A stretch of DNA of 64,000 bases. It comes from Saccostrea cucullata. Its lineage: Eukaryota. Of this stretch, positions 11,240 through 21,027 are shown piece after piece; positions within the stretch are counted from its first letter, which is position 1; each line of letters begins with the position of its first letter. A program made the translations under genes and the position numbers. The stretch spans positions 620,001-684,000 of the forward strand of contig NW_026937303.1 of NCBI RefSeq assembly GCF_032062105.1, given 5' to 3'. Below the pieces are notes generated by a model. That model saw only the letters and a program-made list of their open reading frames with translations, was not told the origin of the DNA and did not search any database.

Positions 11240-14200
11240 TTACACATACCAAACCTGGTGATCTCCCACATACCAACTACCGTACCTGTCAGGAGCATTC
11301 TTAACCCTAGTGGATCTCCTCAGAGATCTGCGCGGCGAAACTATAGGACTTAGTACATTCCTAACATCACCATTTTGTGACAAAGATGGGGATGAAGGTG
11401 GTAAATCTATGTGTGGTACAGACAGAATGGGAGACTCATTGTCTGTCTTAACAGTCGAATTTGGTCCGAACTGTGTTGAATTATGAGAACCGCGACTTAA
11501 GTTGTCGGAACTAACTCTGCCCTCGGTACCGAAAGATTTATAACAATCATTCACATGGTGGATACTTGAAGTATCAGGCCTAGTCCGATCTCTACTACGT
11601 GTACTTACTCTGTATACCTCCTCATCACTGGATGATGAGCTATCATCCGAGTCAGTAGGTCTCGTACACTGCCTCCTAGTCTGCTTTTCTTTTTTCTGTG
11701 GTAGTCCTTCACTGGTATCTGAAATATACATAAATGGTAATAATAAATTTCTGTGTAAGGTTTTGATCTTTCCTTTACCTGAATCTTTTTGAACTTTGTA
11801 CACTGGAATGTCTTCATTTGGAATTTCTATAATCTTGTAAGGTTCTTTTTCCCATTTGTCTGATAATTTTTTTCCTGCTTTCACCAATACTCTAACCAAT
11901 ACTTTGTCTCCTATCTCTAACTTGGAATTCCTAACTTTGTTGTCATATTGCTGCTTGTATCTCTCCGTGTTCTTGTTCATGTTCGTCCTCGCAACTTTGT
12001 ATGCAAAATCTAACCGCTTCTTTAACTTGTCAACATAATCCTCCCTACTCTTGGGCTTCTCAGATAACTCATCTATTCCTAGGTATGCATCTATAGCAAG
12101 TCTGGGATGGCAGCCAAACATCAAATAGTGCGGTGAGTATCCAGTGGTCTCGTGTTTTGTGGCGTTGTATGCCTGCACTAATGGTTTGATGTATGCCTTC
12201 CAGTCTTCCTTCTGATACTCCTCAAGAGTTCCAAGCATCTTCAGTAGAGTCTGATTAAAACGCTCCACATTCCCATTCCCCATAGGATGGTAAGGGGTCG
12301 TCCTGCTCTTACTCACTCCTGCGATGTTACATAATTCTCTAACAAGCCTACTTTCAAAGTTCCTGCCTTGGTCGCTGTGTATTCGCTGTGGGAAACCATA
12401 GTAACTGAAGAAATTCTCATACAGGGCTTTTGCTGTTGTGGACGCTTTCTGGTTCCTCGTTGGTACCGCCACTGCATACTTTGAAAAATGATCGGTTATT
12501 ACCAGTATATCCTCAATGTTTCCCTTGGATTTCTCTAAAGAAAGAAAATCTATACATACCAGTTCCATTGGCTGTGATGTTTTGATGGTGATGAGCTCTG
12601 ATCTAGGTTGTTCTCTGGTCTTACTTCGGATACATCGTCCACAATGCTCAACTCTCTCTCTGATATCCATATCCATTCCTGGCCAATAAAAACGTCTTCT
12701 GACAAGCCAACTGGTCTTTTCTCTCCCCTGATGTCCTAAATCCTCATGTAAACCTTTAAACACTACTCCTACCATACTCTTTGGTAATACAAGTTGCCAA
12801 ACATCCATTCCGTCAAGAAGGGTATTTCTAAATAATACACCTTTCCTAATCTCAAAACTTTTCCTCTCTCTAAGATACTTCTTAATCTCAACTGTCTCTA
12901 AATCAACATTCTCCGAATCAAACCTTTCCCCTGTTGTTATCAGGTACTTCACCTTACTGATGACTGGATCCTCATCCTGCTTCTCTCTCCAGTTTATAGT
13001 ACTCAGTTCCTGTGATTCTGTCACTGTCACATCAGGATGTAACTGGCCAGTGTCTGTAATGAGCAAACTCTCCGCTAGTGGAAGTTGTTCCCGGTCTATG
13101 AGTGCTGCTTGACAGACTGCTTTGACAGCTTCGGGAAATATCTGGAGATGATATGGACGCCTGGATAACCCATCTGCATCTTGATTTAATTTCCCAGATC
13201 TGTAATATATCTTGAAATTGTAATTGCTCAAAGCTGCAAGCCAACGATGACCTGTGGCATCGAGTTTCGCTGAAGTTGTGACATAGGTCAACGGATTATT
13301 ATCCGTTCTAACTTCAAAAGAATTGTTGTATAAATAGTCTTTAAACTTGTCGACTACTGCCCACTTTAAACACAAAAACTCAAGTTTATGTGCTGGATAC
13401 AACTTTTCACTTTTTCTTAAACCACGACTGCCATATGCAATTACACGTTCTAAACCATTCTGGTTCTGATAGAGAACAGCTCCTAAGCCCTCAGTGGAGG
13501 CATCAATATTCAAGATGAATGGTTTAGAAAAATCTGCATAGCCGAGAATAGGGGGATTGGTCAACTTACTGATAAGTGTCTCGAAAGCAAATTGTTGTTC
13601 CTTACCCCATAACCATGGTACTTTCTTTCTGTTTCCTTGGTTCTTTCCCTTTGCTGTTGGGTGTCCTACCAGTAACTCATTCAGCGGTTGAACGACTCTG
13701 GCATAGTCTCTGATAAAGCGCCGGTAATACCCGGTAAAACCTAAAAATGAGCGTAATTCTTTAATATTCTTTGGTACTGGCCATGACTTAAGTGCTTCAA
13801 TCTTATCTGGGTCGGTTTTGATACCGTCCTTCGAAACAATGTGACCTAAGTACTTAACTTCACTCATGAAGAATTCACACTTGGATGGTTTTAACTTTAA
13901 GTGATGTTTGTCAAGTTTCTCAAAAACTGCCTCTAATCTTTTAAGATGTTCATCAAAAGACTGAGAAAACACTAAAATGTCATCTAAAAATATGAGACAT
14001 TCCCTCAAATGTGAATCACCCATACAGGTTTCCATTAAACGTTGGAAAGTGGCCGGGGCATTGGTTAGGCCAAATGCCATCCGATTGCATTCATAAAACC
14101 CCAAAGGTCCCAACGAAAAAGCTGTTTTATGCTTATCCTCTTCCTTAATCTCGACTTGCCAGTATCCTGATCTTAAATCGAGTTTTGTAAAGTATTTACT

Positions 14201-15469
14201 CCCAATCAAAGTATCAATTGTCTCGTCAACTCTAGGCAAGGTATAAGCATCTTTTATGGTTTTGTTGTTAAGTTTTCTAAGATCAATACAGAATCTTAAT
14301 GACCCATCAGATTTCTTAACTAACACTACATTTGAAGAGTAAGGGCTTTGTGATTTACGTATAGCACCTGCTTCAAGCATTTCCTTCAAATGTTGTCTTA
14401 CCTCTTGGTACATCCCAGGTGAAATTCTTCTGTAGGGCTCTTTGAAAGGAATATTGTCAGTAAGCTTGATCTCATGCTTAACCAAATCTGTTTTACCTAT
14501 ATCTGTAAATGATGTCGAGAAAATATGTTTCCATTTATTCAACAGCTCTGCTGTCTTTGTCATTTCCTCACCTGTAAGATTTTGTTTGTTTATCTTAGCA
14601 CCTAAAGTCTCAATGAAAATATCTGAGTTACCTCCCTTGATTTCTGAAGACTCAAACTCGGACTCAGGTTTCCATGAATCGACTACCTTGACAGGACTAA
14701 CTGAACAAATAACAGATTTAGGTAAGATCTTAATAGTCTGTGCTGACAAATTACAAACTCTTACTGGTACTCTAGATGTGCTACCTACCTTAGATTTAAG
14801 GTTAACAACTCTAGGACAAATAACTAAGCTCCCTGGCTGAGATGTATCTGACTGTTCAGTCATAGCAGTTTCTAAGTCATAAGATTTTCTGACTAACCCT
14901 GTTATCATCTTGACCTCTTTTGGACCTAAGCTAATTGGAAAATGGTTTGTTGTTTTTACCTTCAAAGCAGTGTCACACATACCTTTGAATGCTAAGTTCC
15001 AAACTTCAGGTATTTCTGAAACATTTTCCATCTGACCAAAAATCTCTTTACAATTTCTGATAACATTGGTGCCAATGATTAAAGGAAACTCAGAACCACC
15101 CTTTCTATCTGATGACTGACTCACCAATATAGGGGCAAAAATTGTCTTCTGACTCAAGAATGGAATTTCTAACTCACCCTCAATATACCCAGAAAAAGGA
15201 AGTGAGTGCCCACCTGCACCATAAACATCTAACTGAAAATCTTCCAATTTCCTAAGCTCGGGCTTTGGTTCTAGAGAATCATAAAATTGTTTTGACATAC
15301 AAGTTATCATTGAACCTGTGTCTACCAATGCATCTGTTTCTCTGTCACATAACTTTACCTTACATTGGTTAACATGTCCAACCATTCTAGTGATCAATTT
15401 TTCAGTTTCAGGGCTATGACCTTTGACCTCCTCAGTTTGCCCTATAACGGAAGAGGTAACCCTTTTGGG
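11240..15469 (-). CDS. pol: Gypsy Pol (protease, RT, RNase H, integrase), intact; probably entered by a -1 frameshift from gag
   Basis: 1385-aa ORF with LVDTGS, LDLRSGYWQ, FLDD, DASTEGLGAVL, H..H/CGRC zinc finger and DDE integrase (IDFL, SDQGRNFES, VERFN); the frame is open upstream to 15469. Confidence 0.95.
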   Translation of the reverse strand, partial: PKRVTSSVIGQTEEVKGHSPETEKLITRMVGHVNQCKVKLCDRETDALVDTGSMITCMSKQFYDSLEPKPELRKLEDFQLDVYGAGGHSLPFSGYIEGELEIPFLSQKTIFAPILVSQSSDRKGGSEFPLIIGTNVIRNCKEIFGQMENVSEIPEVWNLAFKGMCDTALKVKTTNHFPISLGPKEVKMITGLVRKSYDLETAMTEQSDTSQPGSLVICPRVVNLKSKVGSTSRVPVRVCNLSAQTIKILPKSVICSVSPVKVVDSWKPESEFESSEIKGGNSDIFIETLGAKINKQNLTGEEMTKTAELLNKWKHIFSTSFTDIGKTDLVKHEIKLTDNIPFKEPYRRISPGMYQEVRQHLKEMLEAGAIRKSQSPYSSNVVLVKKSDGSLRFCIDLRKLNNKTIKDAYTLPRVDETIDTLIGSKYFTKLDLRSGYWQVEIKEEDKHKTAFSLGPLGFYECNRMAFGLTNAPATFQRLMETCMGDSHLRECLIFLDDILVFSQSFDEHLKRLEAVFEKLDKHHLKLKPSKCEFFMSEVKYLGHIVSKDGIKTDPDKIEALKSWPVPKNIKELRSFLGFTGYYRRFIRDYARVVQPLNELLVGHPTAKGKNQGNRKKVPWLWGKEQQFAFETLISKLTNPPILGYADFSKPFILNIDASTEGLGAVLYQNQNGLERVIAYGSRGLRKSEKLYPAHKLEFLCLKWAVVDKFKDYLYNNSFEVRTDNNPLTYVTTSAKLDATGHRWLAALSNYNFKIYYRSGKLNQDADGLSRRPYHLQIFPEAVKAVCQAALIDREQLPLAESLLITDTGQLHPDVTVTESQELSTINWREKQDEDPVISKVKYLITTGERFDSENVDLETVEIKKYLRERKSFEIRKGVLFRNTLLDGMDVWQLVLPKSMVGVVFKGLHEDLGHQGREKTSWLVRRRFYWPGMDMDIRERVEHCGRCIRSKTREQPRSELITIKTSQPMELVCIDFLSLEKSKGNIEDILVITDHFSKYAVAVPTRNQKASTTAKALYENFFSYYGFPQRIHSDQGRNFESRLVRELCNIAGVSKSRTTPYHPMGNGNVERFNQTLLKMLGTLEEYQKEDWKAYIKPLVQAYNATKHETTGYSPHYLMFGCHPRLAIDAYLGIDELSEKPKSREDYVDKLKKRLDFAYKVARTNMNKNTERYKQQYDNKVRNSKLEIGDKVLVRVLVKAGKKLSDKWEKEPYKIIEIPNEDIPVYKVQKDSGKGKIKTLHRNLLLPFMYISDTSEGLPQKKEKQTRRQCTRPTDSDDSSSSSDEEVYRVSTRSRDRTRPDTSSIHHVNDCYKSFGTEGRVSSDNLSRGSHNSTQFGPNSTVKTDNESPILSVPHIDLPPSSPSLSQNGDVRNVLSPIVSPRRSLRRSTRVKNAPDRYGSWYVGDHQVWYV

Positions 15470-16266
15470 TCATTCTCTCCCTTCTTACTATACTCACCTT
15501 GACCTTGATGCTTTTGGTAAGACTGACCTCTAAAATTGCCTCTAAAATTTCTACCATAACCTCTACTAAAGCCTCTACCTCTACTAAAACCTCTGTTTTC
15601 TTTGTATTGACTAAGTGGACTGTTAGAAGAAGTGTTTCTATTTTGTTGAGTCTCTAAGTTACTCAATCTCCTAGACATATCTTGATAACTGGATGACTGA
15701 GAGTTAATGCTACGTTCTAACCTTTCCATCTTTGAAATCAAGACTCTAAGTTCCTTCTTCATGTCTTCTTGACTCTCTGTCACTTCTGCTTCTAACAACA
15801 CATGTTCTGAATATTGTCCACTCTTTCTTAAACACTTCACCTCAAAACTCCAGACCTCATATTTTACTTCACCTTTCTGGGGTTCATCTGTCCCACTGAA
15901 AACAGGTAATTTGGGAACACTCAATTGACTGGTAATAAGTGAAACATTGGGATTACCTGGATTTGGAGTTTCAGGGAGTGGGCTTAAAAATTCAGTCTTA
16001 GGCTTAGTCTTATGCACAGCATCATAAAAAGCTTTCATTCTAGGCCCAAACTGACCCGTTGGGGTACTGAAGGTAAATTTTTTTCCCGTAACTTTATCAG
16101 GACCTGCTTTAGGAGTACTAGCTTTAAGTAAATTGTACTCTTCCATTGTCACTACCCTATAATTAGGATTTTGATTCACCTTTTCAATGTGTTCAAGAAT
16201 GTCATCAGCATTTTCTTCTTCCTTATCTAAATGGTTTTCAGGTGTTTTACCCTCACCGGTAGCCAT
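15442..16266 (-). CDS. gag: Gypsy Gag (PNMA-like), apparently internally deleted
   Basis: 274 aa from ATG 16266. The LPVFSG..KGEVKYEVWSFEVKCL capsid start jumps after EHVLLEA into a coiled coil and an RGG-rich C-terminus. Confidence 0.75.
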   Translation of the reverse strand: MATGEGKTPENHLDKEEENADDILEHIEKVNQNPNYRVVTMEEYNLLKASTPKAGPDKVTGKKFTFSTPTGQFGPRMKAFYDAVHKTKPKTEFLSPLPETPNPGNPNVSLITSQLSVPKLPVFSGTDEPQKGEVKYEVWSFEVKCLRKSGQYSEHVLLEAEVTESQEDMKKELRVLISKMERLERSINSQSSSYQDMSRRLSNLETQQNRNTSSNSPLSQYKENRGFSRGRGFSRGYGRNFRGNFRGQSYQKHQGQGEYSKKGENDPKGLPLPL

Positions 16267-17466
16267 GGTGAAAATAACCACACTCAGAATTAGAATTTCT
16301 GATATATGTAAACTAAAAGATTTTCTAAAACAACAAAACATGAACTACTCACCGTGTTTTTCCTGGAAAACCGTTCTTTGATTTCGCATAAATTTCCGAA
16401 CGTTCAACACAGTCGAGCCATATTCGAGGTGCGGAATGGGATTACGATATCTATGGTATCCAAACACCTAAATATCTTTCAAAATAAAGTCAATATCAAT
16501 CAGTCAAAAATCTGCTAAATCATAGTATCAACTCTTGACACACTGACTACTTATACTAAGAGCAAAACTGTTATAAACTTAGCAATTCAGATTGCAAGTA
16601 CTGACTATATACTATAGTACTAGTCTACTCTGTTACATGTATGTAATATTATGATATATTTAGACTGAATAATATCTCCTTGAAATAAATTGCCTTAAAA
16701 TTGTAAAAACCGCTATGCGCTAGATATGCAATATGAAATGATATGATATGGAAATGAAAATGAAACTGACCTGAATTCCCAAAACAACTGACTTACTTAC
16801 TCTCTTCCGAATTTTCTCTGCGGCGCTGTAGCTGTTAATGTTAGTCAAACTGAATAACTACATGCAGTGAAGGATTGTTAAATAACTCACAGTTAATTTC
16901 AAATGTCTTCAGGTCAATGTGTTTATATAAACTTTGAAAATACTTTTAGAAAATAAAGTTTACGCGATTTTACCTGTACTCATGCAACTGCAACAAACTT
17001 TCGTACATGAAACATGATAAATGAAAACAAAATGGAATTGACAACAAAATACAACAATTCAAAATGAAAATATGAAACAGTTTCTAAATTCACACGGATT
17101 GTTTATCTCATAAATGTCCGCGAAGCGCGTTTGAGATCTCAAAGTTGTGCACAAGTCGACAAATGTCCAGGATTCATGGGCGCATCCATCTTGGTTATGA
17201 CGTCACACATCCGGAAGTACAGTAGTAAAGAAAATGTTCCCGGGGAAACTGGTTTTCTCCGCTCTAGCTAACGGTAATTTCGTTGAAGCGTAGTAAACTG
17301 GTTTTACAAGTATAGTAGTGCACTCTCAGGCCCGTGAATGGAATCACACAATAAGCAAATGAATCAACGGAATTTTAAAACACAGAAAACTCTTCTTTCA
17401 CAATAACCACCAAGGATCATCCCTCGAAGAATTATTTATTAGGAACGTTTGCGCCGGAGACCCAAT

Positions 17467-17478
17467 CGTTGGGCGCCA
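17467..17478 (-). promoter_or_regulatory. Primer-binding site (tRNA-Lys-type TGGCGCCCAACG)
   Basis: Lies 1 nt inside the 5' LTR boundary. Confidence 0.8.
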
Positions 17479-17479
17479 T

Positions 17480-18077
17480 TGTCATAGGGCGTAACTTTTC
17501 TTATTAAAGTCACAATACGTGAATTCGTATTTCTCCAAAACACAAACAGCTCAGATAAATTGTTCAATTATATTTTAATTACGATTCTTCACTTCAAGTG
17601 GAATAATAGCAATATGGTATATATCATCAATGGTGGTCTACAATAAATATGAATACCTTACGTACCGTTCATTCACACATTAAATATTTTAACTGAGATT
17701 TATATCATTATTTAATTCATAATTTAATTTACTGGTTATAAAATAGTTTAATTAAAATAACTTACCATGTAGACAGAATTTATACATTCCTATTTATTTA
17801 GGATAGGTTACATTGATGTAAGTCACCCGTAACGTCTGTCTCTGCGAGGGTTTTCATACGATGTGAATAAAAATATTATTTCATGCAAGGGTTAATAAAA
17901 TTCGCGCCAGCCATGCGCAGTGACTAGAAAAACCAGTCAAACACACCCATACGCATTCCATACTCACCGTATGACATCAGAGGTCATGAACTTACAACCC
18001 ATGAATGGATGAATGAAAGAAATGACGCATGCGCAAATTAAACCATAGTAAACATAGTAAATAATGATCCTGTGACA
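17480..18077 (-). repeat. 5' LTR of Gypsy element 1
   Basis: Direct repeat of 10335-10932. Confidence 0.95.
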
Positions 18078-18684
18078 TAACCATTACTTCTTTAATTTGG
18101 GCATGAAATAACTATACACTGAGTGTCTAAAAAAGGTATAACTTTGAAGCCGTCCGCCGTCAAATAGTGTCTCCATATGAGTGAAAAATTCTCGATAGGG
18201 ATGTTAGATAATCAGTCCAACGAACAAAAAGCAAACAAAACCCCCTTCCCTGAACCAATTACATGTAGGGCAAGGGAAATAACCACAATAAACTGATAAG
18301 CTGCGACTATTTGCTGAGTCAGTGATGAATGTTTAAAATGTGTAATTTTCAATTAATAAATGTAACATTTTTATTTTATTCAAGTAATGTAGGGTATGTA
18401 ATGTGATAAAAGCATCGCATGGTAATCAAAATACCTTCAGGCGAAGCGAAAGGTGTGAGTGAAATCAGGCACCTATATACTATAAAGGTCCCTGATGTAA
18501 TATGTAATATTTAGGTCCCTGTCGAAACGTTTTGTTTACATGACATTTGGGACACAGGCATAAAGTAGCCATGTTTTCTATAGCATATAATTATAATTAT
18601 TTCGGCAAAAGGTCGGGGGCTCATCTTCATCTTTCCTACGGCCATAAAAAAAGAAAATTACAAGTAATACAGTATAAATTTAAA

Positions 18685-19095
18685 AGAAAATTACGTATGA
18701 ACAATTTCTAAAACGAGGTAAATTATTGATAAACAACTTGATGAAAAAAGAATATCAACAGTCTTGTTTAAAGTCATCATTTCGTAACTTCTATGGTCGA
18801 TACAATGACCTTGTCAGCAAATATAATTTATCATTGAGTCAAATGCTGACTGACGTTTATCATACTCATTGTTAGTCCATTATTTATACACTGAATTGAC
18901 GACATATTTTCCCGTTATTTCCCGTTCATGACAAGGAGCACACGGCGGGTGTGACCGGTCGGCAGGGGATGCTCATCCTCAATGGCACCTGATCCAACCC
19001 CTGATGTTTTTGAGGTCCGTGTTTGCTCTGCACCTATTTTGTACTGTTCTTTGGACTTTGAAATTGAATGCTGTTCGTTATCTTTATATCCTCCA
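18685..19095 (+). mobile_element. Naiad-type Penelope-like element, 3' fragment
   Basis: Decayed RT C-terminus (..FYGRYNDLVSKYN..) followed by the conserved CACGGCGGGTGTGACCGGTCGGCAGGGGATGC..GGCACCTGATCC 3' motif; paralogous fragment at about 35880-36280. Confidence 0.7.
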
Positions 19096-19337
19096 TACAC
19101 TAATTTAGACATTAATTTTGTTAGGGATCACTACCGATACAGAATGTATGAAATTAATTTTATTTATAAAGTAGATATATCACTTCCATTCTCAATGACA
19201 ATTTTATTTCCTACGAATTTCCTCGAAAAATGAAGCATATAAAAAGGGGGATGAAGTGAAAACTGCACGAACTCTTGTCTTAGCAAGGAAGTGTACCTTG
19301 TGTGCTAAGCAGAGAATAAATTTAATAATACATTAGA

Positions 19338-19693
19338 ATGATGAGGACCTGGTTATTTGTAATATCTATCCTCTTCGATGGCTTTGTTTCTCAGGTAAAA
19401 ATTAGATAATTTTAATGTTTTTATGAAGTGAATTTAGTACCTTTTTTAGCATGATTTGGCATTTAAATATTTTATAGAAAAATGTATGTTCTAACATTTT
19501 GTGAGATCTTTTTCAGAAACATTATAAAATAAAATCATTGTGAATAGGAAAAAAATAAAATGAATGGATCAAATATTTTTATAATAAATTATTTACTTAC
19601 ATAATTACTTACTTAATAAAAGTCAAACTAATCGTGCTAAAAATGCAGGCATTTCCCTTGAGTAAGCGAATCATGCCAATAAATTATGTATTA

Positions 19694-19758
<65 letters not shown>

Positions 19759-20978
19759 CATTTTACAACAACTCTTAAACTAACATAACTGCCCTAAGTG
19801 AAGAAATATTGATATAGAAAGCACAAAGAAATTCACTTTTACATGGATACCCACTTCTGCCCCAGCCCGGGGTTGAACTCTCGACCTTCGGAATCTGTCT
19901 CCTAGCAGTGCAGGAACAGCGCGCTAGACCGCTCGGCTATCTAGGCAAGTCAAAAAACTTGCTTTCGATGCCGATGGAATTCTCGCGGCGCTGCCCTACA
20001 CTACACGGTCATTGAGAATAGAAGTGAGATACAGTTATTTGGACATTAGTTTTAACCGAGGATTGTTACCAATACATGTTGTAATGAAATTAATTATTAT
20101 TTATAAAGCACATTTTACAACAACTCTTAAACTAACATAGCTGCCCTAAGTGAAGAAATATTAATATAGAAAGCACAAAGAAATTCACTTTTACATGGAT
20201 ACCCACTTCCGCCCCAGCCCGGGGTTGAACTCACGACCTTCGGAATCTGTCTCCTAGCAGTGCAGGAACAGCGCGCTAGACCGCTCGGCTATCTAGGCAA
20301 GTCAAAAAACTTGCTTTCGATGCCGATGGAATTCTCGCGGCGCGGCGCTGCCCTACACTACACGGTCATTGAGAATAGAAGTGAGATTGGTAACAATCCT
20401 CGGTTAAAACTAATGTCCAAATAACTGTATCTCACTTCTATTCAGCGCCGCGAGAATTCCATCGGCATCGAAAGCAAGTTTTTTTGACTTGCCTAGATAG
20501 CCGAGCGGTCTAGCGCGCTGTTCCTGCACTGCTAGGAAACAAATTCCGAAGGTCGAGAGTTCAACCCTGGGCTGGGGCGGAAGTGGGTATCCATGTAAAA
20601 GTGAATTTCTTTGTGCTTTCTATATTAATATTTCTTCACTTAGGGCAGTTATGTTAGTTTAAGAGTTGTTGTAAAATGTGCTTTATAAATAATAATTAAT
20701 TTCATTACAACATGTATTGGTAACAATCCTCGGTTAAAACTAATGTCCAAATAACTGTATCTCACTTCTATTCTCAATGACCGTGTAGTGTATGGCAGCG
20801 CCGCGAGAATTCCATCGGCATCGAAAGCAAGTTTTTTGACTTGCCTAGATAGCCGAGCGGCCTAGCGCGCTGTTCCTGCACTGCTAGGAGACAGAGTCCG
20901 AAGGTCGAGAGTTCAACCCCGGGCTGGGGCGGAAGTGGGTATCCATGTAAAAGTGAATTTCTTTGTGCTTTATATATA

Positions 20979-21027
<49 letters not shown>

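Larger units (their letters stand above)
10335..18077 (-). mobile_element. Ty3/Gypsy LTR retrotransposon, very recent insertion
   Basis: 598-bp LTRs at 10335-10932 and 17480-18077 (TG..CA; one mismatch seen by eye), TSD TAAC, PBS, PPT at about 10933-10944, gag and PR-RT-RH-IN pol. Confidence 0.97.

Noticed and set aside
20491-20578. Functional tRNA genes
   Set aside because: A and B boxes are present, but the acceptor stem is mismatched, there is no 7-nt anticodon loop, and the heads are part of a 352-bp repeat unit.
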